A DNA stretch of 64,000 nt from Octopus vulgaris (Eukaryota). Below, in pieces: positions 28,093 to 41,506 of the stretch (positions are counted from its first letter, which is position 1; the number at the start of each line of letters is the position of its first letter). The position numbers and the translations under genes were made by a program. The notes below the pieces were generated by a model. It was given only the letters and a program-made list of their open reading frames with translations. It did not search any database and had not been told where the DNA came from. The stretch is from contig OX597832.1 in assembly GCA_951406725.2 (NCBI GenBank), positions 45,942,001-46,006,000 on the forward strand, read 5' to 3'.

Positions 28093-28697
28093 ATCCAAAT
28101 ATGAACAAAGAGAAAACACAACAGCGCGAGGACGTGGAACAAGCATAGAGTTATTGGACGCTCAGGAGAGGCAAGAAAGAAAGGAGGACTTAACGTTTCG
28201 AGCGGAGCTCTTCGTCAGAAACATAGAAAGAAAAAAAAGAGGTTTAGCGTCAAAACATTTCTTTGTTAGATAAGAATGTTGTTATATTTTGTGATAACTT
28301 CTGGAAATCGAACCAAGATTCTTCATTTAGATTTCCGTGTAAATCCACTTCTATATCATGATATTCAGCTCAGCATATACATAATCAAATTTAATGAGCA
28401 AATATTTGTATTTTTTCTCATTTACAATTCCCTTTACTGTGTCATTTTGTATTTAGTTACTGTTTTATCTACTTTTGTATATTATTTAATTCATTAAACA
28501 CATAACTAACTACAAAAATATGGTAATACGGAAGTATTTTGGATATCAAAACACGCGATCAGTGATAGTTATTCACTGACAAATATGAAAATAGGAGTTT
28601 ATTTAACAATGTGTAATATCATTTGGTCTCTTAATAGTATGAACATTTTTTAGCTGATCAAGAATGGCAATTGTTTCCTCTCTTTATTATTTGTATA
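27203..28697 (-). repeat. ~610-bp direct duplication (27203-27812 and 28085-28697), each copy carrying a Penelope-type pLTR segment with a minimal hammerhead motif
   Basis: Copies are highly similar and separated by another ~200-bp element plus (TA)n. Minus strand reads GTTT-CTGACGA-A-GAGC-TCC-GCTC-GAAAC-GTT-AAGT. Confidence 0.8.
28188..28222 (-). ncRNA. Minimal hammerhead ribozyme motif (ACGU palindromic stem III, dimer type)
   Basis: CUGACGA and GAAAC cores, stem II GAGC/GCUC, weak stem I GUUU/AAGU, GUU triplet. The paralog at 27302-27336 has GCU (mutated). Confidence 0.55.
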
Positions 28698-29312
28698 TTT
28701 AACATTTTCATTATAAATTACATTTCCAGCATTTTGTTGGTATTCTTGCTATTATGATTTTGGTTATTACGGTTTGTTATGATTGTTATTATTGTTATTA
28801 TTATTGTTATCATTATATGTTGCATTGATGTTTTGTTTATGATTTTTGAAGCAAGGTTATAAATTAGGCGGCTGTTTGTAATCTCCGCTCACCATAAAAT
28901 TGGACAAAGCCTTTCCATCGCCGTTCTGGTACCCTTTGAACTATGCTTGCATCAGTAATCACAGGAATATATTAAGTTGTTCAGCGGAGTCCCTGAAATG
29001 TAGAGGAATGGAGCGGGAGTGAGAGAGAGAAGGAGAGATACAGAGGTATGAGAGGGGAAGAAGGATAGATAGATAGAAATAGAGAGAAAGAGAGAGAAAG
29101 GGGGAAGAAAGGGATGGAAAAAAGGTAAAGTGGTAGAAAATCAAGGGCAAGTCATTAAGTTGATGAGAAAGAGAGATAGATAGAGAATGAGAGAATGAAA
29201 GAATGAGAGAATGCGAGGAGTGGTAGTCGTATTATAGAGCGGCAGATTCAATAAATATATTAGGAAAGGAATATGAAAACAAAGACACTGAGAGTCAGAC
29301 ACACAGACAGAA

Positions 29313-29451
29313 TGATAGATAGATAGATAGATAGATTGATAGATTGATAGATAGATAGATAGGTAGATAGATAGATAGATAGGTAGGTAGATAGGTAGAT
29401 AGGTAGATAGATAGATAGATTGATAGATAGATAGATAGATAGGTAGATAGG

Positions 29452-29502
<51 letters not shown>

Positions 29503-29569
29503 GTAGGTAGATAGGTAGGTAGATAGATAGGTAGATAGATAGATAGATAGATAGATAGGTAGATAGATT

Positions 29570-29620
<51 letters not shown>

Positions 29621-29696
29621 GATAGATAGGTAGGTAGATAGAGATAGATAGATAGATAGATTGATAGATAGATAGATAGGTAGATAGGTAGATAGG

Positions 29697-29738
<42 letters not shown>

Positions 29739-29744
29739 TATATG

Positions 29745-29778
<34 letters not shown>

Positions 29779-29867
29779 GTAGATAGATTGATAGATAGGT
29801 AGGTAGATAGGTAGATAGGTAGATAGATAGATAGATTGATAGATAGATAGATAGATAGGTAGATAGG

Positions 29868-29922
<55 letters not shown>

Positions 29923-29989
29923 GTAGGTAGATAGGTAGGTAGATAGATAGGTAGATAGATAGATAGATAGTTAGATAGATAGATAGATT

Positions 29990-30050
<61 letters not shown>

Positions 30051-30122
30051 GTAGGAGATAGGTAGATAGGTAGATAGATAGATAGATTGATAGATAGATA
30101 GATAGTTAGATAGGTAGATAGG

Positions 30123-30217
<95 letters not shown>

Positions 30218-30305
30218 GATAGATAGATGGATGGATGGTGGATAGATAGATAGATGGATGGATGGTGGATAGATAGATAGATGGATGGATAGCTAAATAG
30301 GTAGA
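29313..30305. repeat. ~1-kb (GATA)n/(GGTA)n satellite tract
   Basis: Direct reading. Confidence 0.97.
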
Positions 30306-32412
30306 TAGACGAAGAGAGAGAAAGGGAGAGAGAGAAAGGGAGATACAGAAAGAGAGAGAGGAGGAAAGAGGGAGGTAGAAGAGGGAGTGAGAGGTGGAGA
30401 CTGAAAGAGAGAGAGTGAGAGGCGGAGAGAGTGAGAGAGGGAGAGAAGACAGAAAGAAAGAGAGAGAGAGAATATAAAGAGAAAAAAAATAATATTAGAG
30501 GAATTTTTTGTTTAAATGACAAAGAGAAAGACGAGAATATAAAGAGTTTAAGAGAGAAAGAAAACTGTGGTTAGATTGAGGGAAGGCGAAGAGCAAACAC
30601 ATAAATATAGAACGAAATAGCGAGTTCGAATAAGGAATATTTCAAAAGAAATATCTTATTTTTGATATCAGGTAACAACAACAAATAGCAGATATGTTGA
30701 AACAGTGGCAGGTTTTTCGCGGTTCTCCGCAACCGTTGTAATAAAACAACTATTCAAATACTCCATTTTAGATGAATTTGCCCCCTTTTTTTTATGTTTA
30801 CAGAATGATCCTGTCATGGAACTTTGGTTGTTTTGTTTCAAAATTTATTCTATTGTAGTGTTGTTTGTTACTAATAAAATAACGAGTGTGTTTGTGCTCG
30901 CTGGCGTGTATACATAAACACGTGTATGTGTATGTGTAGGATATTGTATATATGTGTAGGATATTGTATGTATGTGTAGGATATTGTATGTATGTGTATG
31001 GTATTGTATTATATATAAGGTTTTATTGGAAGGAAAGCCAAATACTGTTAAAACTAACACTTGTTCATGCGTGTTGGAAATATTTGCGTTGTGGGGATAA
31101 AAAAAAATATGTTCGACTTATTTTGGTTTGATTTATATTGTGGCAGAAAAAAGTCACTCATTTATAGTCGCCCTTTATTCTTTCATTTGACAATTTCAGT
31201 AACATCGGGGCATTTGCTCACAAAGCGGGAATATTACAACAAGGTAATACAACTCATGGTATTACTTCTATGTTATTTTCTTTCTTTTAGTTTTTGTGTG
31301 TTTCGTGATGGTGGGTTTTCATTGTTTAGTATGTGATGGTGTTTTTTTTCTTTTTACGAATCGGAAATAAAATATATTGCCGTTTGCTGTTTTGTTATTC
31401 TGATATTTCAATATTTAAACAGTACATAGAAAGCAAATAGAAAAATCAAAAAAATAACTAAATAACATAAGAGTGAATGAACTTGAAATAAAATCATCGT
31501 AACTGATGCTGCGTGCGGCGTACGGTCAAAACCCTTAAATTCTGTTCTCGAATCTACATGATTTTAAAAGGAACGATGTGGACACACAATATAACACAGT
31601 GTGAAGAAGAAAAAAAAAACAAATTACAAACATGTGTAATTAATGAGTCTTTACGTTAGCTTGTCATGCTCAGGTAACGATATACTACATGTGAGAAGAA
31701 TTCATTTGGAGGTTGCTGTAATAAACCTCCTCAGCGTGTGGGCCTCTGCGTGATATCCGTATGTTACGATGTAACGCGATAAGATCCGGAATCCATGGAA
31801 ACTGGTAGTTGCCTATTACAGATGTTAATCCATTAGGAATATTCTAGAAGTGTTCAGCGAATAAATTTGCTGTGAGAATGGAAACGATATCAGATTTCGG
31901 GCATTTTAGATGTTTGAGTAGCGCAAAGGTTCGTTCGTATGTGAATATAACATGGTAATATGGACAATACTTACTCTAATTGTTATAGGTGCCATGTAGT
32001 AGCGACTAAAGATTTATACACTCTTGCCATTCCCACCCTTCACCCATGAGAACAAGAAAGATGTAATAGCTGAATGCAGAGAGGGTAGCAACACCTCTGA
32101 TTGGTACTCGTTGCAACTGAGTGGACTGAAGTCGAAGTCATAACATATCACCGGAGATCCAGGAACAGTATCCGTGCACTTGTGATCATGAGCCAGTCAG
32201 CTTAACCACTAGTCAAATATACTGGTGACTAAGGAATATGTGCGACTGAGAAAATGAATGATGTAAAGGAGTGTTAGTGGGGGGATTGATATGCAAAGGA
32301 GGAATGAATGACTGGTGAACAGTGATGTCAAGTGTGTGTAAAACGTGCGATGAAGGAGGAAGTAAAGTCTGCGAGAAAAGTGATATAAAGGAAGGGAAAA
32401 ATTGTAAAACAT

Positions 32413-32468
<56 letters not shown>

Positions 32469-32788
32469 TGAAGATTAGGTAAATGATCTAAGAGATGAGA
32501 ATTCACGTCAAAAAGAAGAGATGGGCAAATGGATATATACACACTAGAAAATGACAAAGAAGCTCGTACGATCGAATTCGAAGGCAAATCAAGTGGTAAA
32601 GGCATATAGCAGAAGACTGAGACTGGTAGATGTTGTCGTGAATATAACAACTTAAAAGCTTGTAAAGAATGTAAGGGCTTACATAAATAAATGAACTGAG
32701 GCTCAAAATTTATAAATAAAATTTATCCAGAGTGAGGATGGTGAGAAATGTTCGATGATCATATATAGAAATGTTTGCCTAAAGATTC

Positions 32789-33158
32789 TTATTTCTTTAC
32801 TGCCCACAAGGGGCTACACACCTTGCGGGGTGGAACAAACAAACGGATTCAGTCGATTATATCGATACCAGTGCGAAAGGATGAAAGGCAAAGTCGATCT
32901 CGGCGGAATTTGAACTCAAAACGTAGCGGCTACGAAATACCTATTTCTTTACTACCGACAAGGGGCTAAACACAGAGAGTACAAACAAGGACAGGTACAC
33001 GGATTAAGTCGATTGTATCGATCCCAGTGCGTAACTGGTACTTAATTTGTCGACCCCGAAAGGATGAAAGGCGGAATTTGAACTCAGAACGTAACGGCAG
33101 ACGAAATACCGCTGAGCATTTCGCCCGGCGTGCTAACGTTTCTGCCAGCTCACCGCCT
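32789..33158 (-). mobile_element. Dimeric SINE-C with 13-bp TSD
   Basis: TTGCCTAAAGATT at 32775-32787 and 33161-33173; internal junction ACGAAATACC|TATTTCTTTA. Confidence 0.88.
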
Positions 33159-33179
33159 AATTGCCTAAAGATTTTCTCT

Positions 33180-33532
33180 AGCAAGATTAACAACTGCAAT
33201 TCGTACAGGAACTGGCAGTCAGCGATGTTCAAGCTTTTTGTTAGCTATGAAATCACGGGTTTATTGCAGAGCTAAATTCTAGATGTGTAGAGATTACTAA
33301 CTACATAGTTCGAGTACAGAACTGACAAACAGCACTGTTCAAGCTTCTTGTTACCTATGAAGCCGAGGGTCCAATGCAGAGCTAAAATTTAGAAGTATAG
33401 AGATTACTAACTACATTGTTCTAGTACACAACTGGCAATCGGTGCTGTTCCAGCTTCTTGTTACCTGTGGAACCAGGGGTCCAGTACAGAGGTAAACTCT
33501 AAACGCGCAGAGATTACAAATTCCATTGTTTC
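33180..33532. repeat. Diverged 110-bp tandem repeat x~3.2
   Basis: AGATTAC(T/A)AA recurs at 33291, 33401 and 33511. Confidence 0.88.
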
Positions 33533-34001
33533 AGTTGATAATCATATTGAATTCTATGAAATAAGTGAGAAACTACTTATGCGTGTGAGTGTATGTGTTG
33601 TACATGAAAGAGTAGAGTATCAAATAGGTGGGAGAAATAGGAAGTGAACAAAAGGTGGAGAAATGATAATGGGAAACTGAATATCTGCCACAAACTCATA
33701 AATCCACAATATGATCGTAAAGGAATAAGCGTTCCTGCCTCTAACGGTTTCGTTTTTATTCTTTCAGCGCGCCATTAAACCGTCGAAATTTTCTGATTTC
33801 CAACATATATTTTCTCTCTTGCGACGTTCCGGTTTTATTGCGGGCGGACTTTATACCTGAGATTTGCTTCATTGTGTACCATTCTGACATAAGTTTTCAT
33901 GGTTGTACAAAAGAAGACTCGTTGGGAAATGGTGAGCAAGTTTTAAGGCCAACACTTATATAAATATGAGGACATTTATGTATTCACAGACGCATACAAG
34001 C

Positions 34002-34032
<31 letters not shown>

Positions 34033-34146
34033 CGTGCGTGTGTATATGTATGTATATACATGTATATATGTGCATATATATATGCATATCTGTATAAAAA
34101 TATATATCTATATCTATCTATGTATCTATCTATGTATGTATGTATG

Positions 34147-34181
<35 letters not shown>

Positions 34182-34290
34182 GTGTGTATATATATATATG
34201 TACATATGTATGTATATATATATATATATACATACATATATATATGCATATATATATATGTGTGTGTGTATATCTGTCTATATATACATG

Positions 34291-34325
<35 letters not shown>

Positions 34326-34469
34326 GTATATATTTATGCATACATAATATATATATATATGTATACATATATGCATATATAATACATACATACATGTGTG
34401 CGTATGTGTATATATGTATAAATATATGCATAATTTTTTCGGCATGATAGATCGGTAGCCGCTTCACAC

Positions 34470-34630
34470 ATTTCTTCTCTCCTTTTTTCTGTCTGTGTTC
34501 CTTTATGTGGAAGAGCGTAGGCTCGAAATGATAAAGACTTTTTCAATTCCGGAACGTTATACTAATACATTTGTTTGTTGTCTTCACCACCTGTCTTCGT
34601 CCTTTGTTTTTTTTCGTGAATTCTCTCTAT
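34470..34630 (+). mobile_element. Penelope-like pLTR relic (hammerhead-derived GAGCGTAGGCTCGAAA)
   Basis: Similar to 38860-38980; ends in a T-rich segment then TA. Core degenerate. Confidence 0.55.
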
Positions 34631-35064
34631 GTATGTACAATGTTTGATAATTAATAATTTAAGATGTTCTTCTAAAACCATGAATGTTCACATTTGACAA
34701 ATGTGTACATATATGTATATTAAATAATAAATGACATTTGTGTTTAAGGAGATAAACCAAATATTTATCAGTAATGATACCTGGTCAGTTGTGTTTTTTT
34801 ACACCAACGCAAAGACATATCAGCTTAAATGTTTTCAGTTGGTACATCAACAACAACAAAAAAGAAAGATAAGAGCGTAAAATAATAAGCTTTATCAGCA
34901 TTTTATCGCGTTTGTGAAGTATGGTAAATTCAAATTTTTTTGTTATTCTTTCCTTATGTATCAATAATATATTGATTGTTATTAAAAAATTTTATTACTT
35001 TGGAGAAATTCTAAATGAATATTAAAATATTTTTAAACTATCAAATTTATTTGTATATTAAACA

Positions 35065-35665
35065 CAGGAGTGGCTATGTGGCAAGAAGATTGCTTCCCAA
35101 CCACATGGTTCCGGGTTCAATCCCACAACGTGGCAACTTAGGTAGGTGTCTTCTACTGTAGTCTCGGGCCGACCAAAGCCTTGTGAGTGGATTTGGTAGA
35201 CGGAAACTGAAAAAAGCCCATCGTATATGTGTATATGTATGTGTGTGTATATGTTTGTGTGCCTGAGTTTGTCCTCTCCCAACATCGCTTGACAACCGAT
35301 GGTGGTGTGTTTGCGTCCCCGTAACTTAGCGTTTCGGCAAAAGAGACCGATAGAATAAATACCAGGCTTACAAAGAATATGTCCTGGATTTGATAGACGG
35401 AAACTGAAAGAAGCCCGTTGTAAATATATTAATATATATATGTGAGTGTGTAGATGTGTGTGTATGTGTTTCTGTCTGTTTTTGTCTCCTCGCCATCGAT
35501 GTTGTGTTTATGTTCCCCGTCACCTAGCGGTTCGACAAAAAGGTACCAATAGAATAAGTACTAGGCTTACAAAAAATAAGTCCTGGGGTCGATTTATCGA
35601 CTAAAAGTGGTGCTCCAGCATGGCCGCAGTCAAATGTCTGAATCAAGTAAAAGACAGAATAAAAG
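35065..35665 (+). mobile_element. SINE-A with duplicated middle/3' segment
   Basis: Family match; GACGGAAACTGAAA..AAGAATA occurs twice. Confidence 0.88.
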
Positions 35666-35955
35666 AATAAGTTATAATGGTTAATACTGTAATATTCGCT
35701 TCTGTTTTAAATGACCCCTCCATATGTAAACAAATAGGTTGTGCTTTACGTTCGTAGAAAATGTTATAAAGCGAGAAAAAAATACGAGTGAGTAAATTAT
35801 TTTTAACTGTATTACATAATGCAAACAACAACCCCTATCTATAGAATAAAGGTTTCAAATTGCGTTAGACTGCGGTGTTACTGGGGTATCACCTTGAAAA
35901 TATTTAATCAATTATATCATTTCCATTACTTATTCTCGAAGCCTGTAACAATTTA

Positions 35956-36380
35956 AGTTAGTTAGTTAATTTTTTGGCTCAAAAAGCAAAAAGCAAGGCC
36001 ATGTAGGGGGACGTGGAGTTATGTACAGGGTGGTGTTCCTGCAAAGAGTTCAGGCCATTTGTGGTCAAGGGAGACTTTGAACCGAGCGGTCGTCGGCATC
36101 TTCACTATCTCGTCCGGCAACTTATTCCGCGGATCCGCAACCCGGACGGAGAAAGCCCCTCTCCTTCGATTGAGATGAAATCGTCGCAGATAGAGCTTTT
36201 CGGAGTGACCCCGCGGCCTACGCTCTGGAGCAGGAGTGAAGAACAGCTTTTCGAGCGGTTACACTTTCCGCTTATGATGTTGTGAGCAAGAATGAGATCA
36301 CCACGGCGTCATCATTTTTCTAGAGAATAAAGGTCGAGCGTTTTCAGCCTTTCTTCATAAGACAAATGCTTGAGACCAAA
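35956..36380 (-). pseudogene. CR1-clade LINE 3' fragment
   Basis: GLKHLSYEERLKTLDLYSLEK..RGDLI..RGHSEKL..FSVRVAD..NKLP; (TAAC)n tail. Confidence 0.88.
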
Positions 36381-36527
36381 GTTACGTGAACAAGCGCCAA
36401 GTGAAAAATGTGTTTCATATCTTGCGGCTCATAGATCATTCTGGGGCACCACATTGAAATGACTTAGTCAGTAATATCATCTCCATTTACTTATTTTTCA
36501 ATCATGTTATTGATCAGATCAAGATCA

Positions 36528-36772
36528 GAAAGGCTGAAGACGCTCGACCTTTATCCTCTAGAAAAACGCCGCCACCGTGGAGATCTCATTCTCGGAATAA
36601 GCTGCCGGACGAGATAGTGAAGATGCCGACGACCGCTCGGTTCAAAGTCTCTCTTGATCAGAAATGGCCTGAACTCTTTGCATGAACACCCTCCCTGTAC
36701 ATAACTCCATGTCCCCCTACATGGCCTTGCTTTTTGCTTTTTAAGCCCCAAAATTAACTTAACTTAACTTAA
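36528..36772 (+). pseudogene. CR1-clade LINE 3' fragment, same family, internally deleted
   Basis: ERLKTLDLYPLEKRRHRGDLI then NKLPDEIVKMPTTARFKVSLD; (TTAAC)n tail. Confidence 0.88.
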
Positions 36773-38859
36773 GAAACACAGATTAAAACAGATTATGCAC
36801 ATTGTAGTTTTCTGTAACCAATGCAAGACCCACTATCTTCTTCGAGATATTAATGTAACATTGATATCTGAACTAAAACCTGCGCGAGTCTCGTCTAAAT
36901 GGAAGGACATATAGCTTATCGGCATTGTCCCACTATCTTTTGTTGAATAAAATTCATACGAAGAAGCTAAGTATTTTTCTTGTATTCAGTTAAAGAAATT
37001 GTCTTATATGATCCCAAGGGTAATAAAAATATATCTCAGCACTCAGAGTGGAACTATTTATGCTCAACATGTTATATCGTCGTTCTTTATTAAATTTAGT
37101 TCTTTGATCAAACTAACGGTGACACAGACCTGCTAATTCACTTGGAACATTTGAGTGACTATTAGATAAAGTTTTCACTTAAACTGTTAATTTTTACTCG
37201 ATATCAGCCCAAGTTGTAGGTGTAGTCTGTGTTAAGGTATAATTGTTTTTCCTGACAACTGCCTACACTTTATGTACGTTGGAGATTTTCTCCAACTCCC
37301 GCTCCTGTCGAAGACTGTAACTTGATATAATTGTAAATTTCACACAGGTATTTCAGTTGATTAAGAATGACATTTAGAAGAAACTGATCTCCCTAGGCAA
37401 CAGATTTCATAATGAACATATGCAGAGATGGATTGCTGCTTTAATTTTACTTGACATGCATTTTCGCTCAGAGAATTAGCTAATATATTATTTGACGGAA
37501 AACTTTACAGAAATTCGTTCAACGTTGCGACAGTTCATAATCTGGGATAAAACAAAAACAAGAAAAAAAACAAAAAAAGCAAGCACATAAATTCTGTAAT
37601 GTTTAAGAATAACTATTGTCATATTTGGCAATTCCAAGTAGATTAGTGGCATGTTTCAAAGTAAAACTAATATTACGATAATACATAAGTCGTTGCAGAT
37701 ACTTCAGACACAGTGGTAAATGAAATGTAGCATGTAGACTCATACTTAATAGAAATCGCTATAGCAAACCGTCGGAAAGTTGGCTTTATATTATCTACTT
37801 CCAGCTTCTTTCTTTAATAATACTATCTACCATGACGGCTCGGAAGTTATTCCTCTCGTGTTTGGATCGAATAACTAACACGATTCTATGAAAACGGTGG
37901 AAGAACTTCAAGAGTCACGTCATAGAAGTGCGATAAAGAATTTTGACACATCATAGTAGTCAGTTCATTTTAAAAATAATCAAATGTGAAAACATCTTTT
38001 TTTTTTTTCCCGTGTCCTTATATTGTTGAATATAACTCTTCCACGACCTAACATGTTCAGTTACATCGAAATATCTTTCAGATAAAATCACTTATCAAGC
38101 AAGCAAGCAAGCAAGCACAACTGTATATTTCCTTTTCCCTACTTAATATTTAAAATCCAGTGAGAAACAAATTAACGATAAATGTGTACGACAATGTCAT
38201 TCTTTAAAATACTGTAGTGTAAAAACTGCAAGCAAAACTTTCTGTTATTGAATATTGGTTCCAGGGCTTTTAACCTATTAGAATAATGTTGTAGATTTTC
38301 AGGGACGTAGAAACTGCGTAGTATCATGTTATACTTGATCTCGCTCTTTCCTAAGATTTATATTAGTAAATTTGTATTATATTCTTCATTGTTGACACTC
38401 GATGAAATATATAACACTGATATAATGGAATATATTCAACTGACTGCAACTACAACTGCTCCTAAACTATACTGGTCGCCTTCAGTTTAGCCCCCCACAC
38501 CCCCACTGTATCTCAGATCGATTGCTATATTATGGTATGTTACAGGTATTTACATGCTCTATTTCAAAATAAAATGTTAAACTGCGTAGGTAATGTAATG
38601 AACGATTTTAGACTTAGTAAACAAACAAATAGAGGGCTATTTACTGCAGAACATTGGTCTGGAAGCCGGAGAAATGACGAAGATCATCTAGGAAATAGTC
38701 ATAACAGCAGAAACCAGATCAAGGTAAATATGGTTGAGAAGACACCGCAGGCGTAGACTAATTCACTTCTCGCCGCCCCACACATACGAAGAGTACAGGC
38801 TTAGTGGCAAAAGGATTTGACCCTGAGATACCTGCTGGTATATATAAGTATATATTGCG

Positions 38860-38980
38860 AGGAGCGTAGGCTCGAAACGTAAAAGACTTTCTCTATTCCT
38901 GAGCGTTACACTAATACATCTGTTAGTTTTGTACACTACCTGTCTTCGTCTTTTGTTTTTTTTCGTAAACTCTCCCTATA
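38860..38980 (+). mobile_element. Penelope-like pLTR relic (5'-truncated hammerhead half GAGC-GTAG-GCTC-GAAAC-GTA-AAAG)
   Basis: Similar to 34470-34630; flanked by TATATATTGCGA on both sides (TSD-like). Confidence 0.55.
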
Positions 38981-40579
38981 TATATTGCGAAGGATACAGG
39001 AGATTAGCTCCTGCAGTTTCTGCTTAAGATTAAGAATCTTCACTGTTTAGATTACCTAATAAACTGTTCGTTTTTATTTGAATTCTACCCTATGTAAAAG
39101 CAATGTGAAGGATGCAATTTCTATGTAAATTCGGTATAGTCTTCTTTTGAGATATTATGTATGGCGTTTGTTAAAAATGGCATCATGTTAATTATGTCAA
39201 AGAAGCGTTGCAAGTTCTTTGAAATAACCAATTTGGTTTAAATATGAAAAGTAATTATATGTTCAAGATGAGTTTATCAATTAACTGCTCCATTTTATTT
39301 CAGTAATTTAGTGGACCAGTGAGCAGAAGGTTGTGACCTACAGGTGTGTTTGTGCTTGCTGTAACATTTATCATAACATCAGCATGATTTGTGGCTTCTT
39401 ATATTAAATGGTTTCTTTTAGTTTCAGGGATAGAACCAAACCGAACCGAATCAAATGGAATAAGTCAGATGAATTGGCAGAGTGTGTCTTCAGGGCAGAA
39501 GTTGCTCCTAAATTATACTTTTGCAGTTTAGCCCCCACACCCCCACTGTATCTCAGATTTTGCTAATTTGTCGATAAGAAAATCAAGTTATCCAAATTAC
39601 GAGTTTTTTGTTCAGAAATTAGATAGAAATTGTCAGTAAGTGTAAACATAATCAGCTCGTTGATAGTAATGATTACAATGTAGAGAAGGGCGAGGAAGGG
39701 ATGGGGGAGAGTATAGGTTGAGGAAGAATAAATGCTGGGCATACATAAGGCGGATGACTTCAATAACGTAAAAGCGGCAGAAAGAAAAGAAATTGAATGA
39801 CACAGAAGGCGGCAGATGATTAATTCTTCAAAATAGATTAATCATTAGATCTTGACAACATTCCAAAGCCTGTATGTGTTTTAAATATAGTTCTGCGATG
39901 AAGACACCAAGAATAACATTCGCCACTCTGTAATCGGTCAATAGCAGTTTACATAAATCTTATACTTGATATTGGAAGGCATTTAATAAATGGCAGGTAC
40001 ATTCGACGCTGATGAGATGCAATTATACCGAAACCTCTCTCGAGTTGTTACCGTTCTAAGAAAGAGAAAACACCTTTCATCGTACGTTTTATTTTTGATT
40101 AAATTTGAATTTATTTGAATTAATAGACTCCCGTGATATGCTGGTCAGAATAAATAATTAAGTAATAATTTGTTTGCATCATGAAGGATATGATTAAAGA
40201 TTTTAACCTTTCTTGAATTATCACATTAACTTATATGTTCAAGATGTCCAGTTTGATACAATTAACTGCTCCATTTGTATTTGTAATTTAAGTGGTATCT
40301 CTGAGCAGAAGGTTAAACTATTTTTTTATTCTGACATATATGTGTGCTTATGTGGGGGGAATATCTGCATATATATATATATATATACAGATTTTAATGA
40401 GGGTAAATGCTAATTACCCTGATATACTTGAATTTCGATAATTGCCTAAAAGCCTTGTTTTGATAGGGATTTTGAAGGTAACTTTAAACATGTTACCTCC
40501 CCACTACATTTCTATCGGGTTCAATTTGGATAGTCTTTAAGTGCCTTCAGCCTGAATGTTCATACAGGCATAGGTATGA

Positions 40580-40968
40580 CACTCTTTTACTCTTCTACTT
40601 GTTTCAGTCATTTGACTGCGGCTATGCTGGAGTACCGCCTTTAGTCGAGCAACTTATTCTTTGTAAGCCTAGTACTTATTATATCGGTCTGTTTTGCCGA
40701 AACGCCAAGTGACGGGGACGTAAACACACCACCATCGGTTGCCAAGCGATGTTGGGGGGACAAACACAGACACACAAACACACGCACATACATATACATA
40801 TATACGACGGGCTTCTTTCAGTTTCCGTCTACCAAATCCACTCACAATGCTATGGTCGGCCCGAGGCTATAGAAGAAGATACTTGCCCAAGGCGCCACGC
40901 AGTGGGACTGAACCCGGAACCACGTAGTTGGTAAGCAAGCTACTTACCACACAACCACTCCTGCGCCT
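40580..40968 (-). mobile_element. SINE-A
   Basis: Family match. Confidence 0.9.
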
Positions 40969-41506
40969 ATGTTAACGTTTTCAATAAAAGTGATTGAAAA
41001 AGGTGCCAGATTAAAAATATATTTTGACGAGACACTTGAACGTGATTACCACATCTTAATGGCATAAACAATTAGAATTATGAAAGAATAATATCAGCAC
41101 AGATACGAATTAGGTATATTTGCAAGAAAAATAATGAAATTGGTAGAAACTCGAAGTAACTGTATATCATAAAAATATTTCATCTCTAAATATGAGCTCA
41201 GGTTCAAAAAGATAATGAATATACAGAAAACCTCACCGCACCGGTTTAACCTCAATTTATTGATAGCTATAATAATATAATCCTATGGAATTGGTATTAT
41301 TTTTTTGATAACGTGATTTAATAATCTTTCAGAATAATTTTGGCATAAGATCAGCAATTTTGAGGTCAGAGACAAATCGATTATCGCGCCTCCAATGAAA
41401 GACAGTGTAGGCCTCAGCTGATTTTGAACCGAGAATGTATTGGTTTGTCCGGAAAGATCGTGCCGGTTTATAGTAGCTTAGCTTTCGGTATTTGTACTCA
41501 GAGCAT

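Noticed and set aside
40004-40050. CTGATGAG..CGAAAC hammerhead-like core
   Set aside because: Stems I and II do not pair convincingly.
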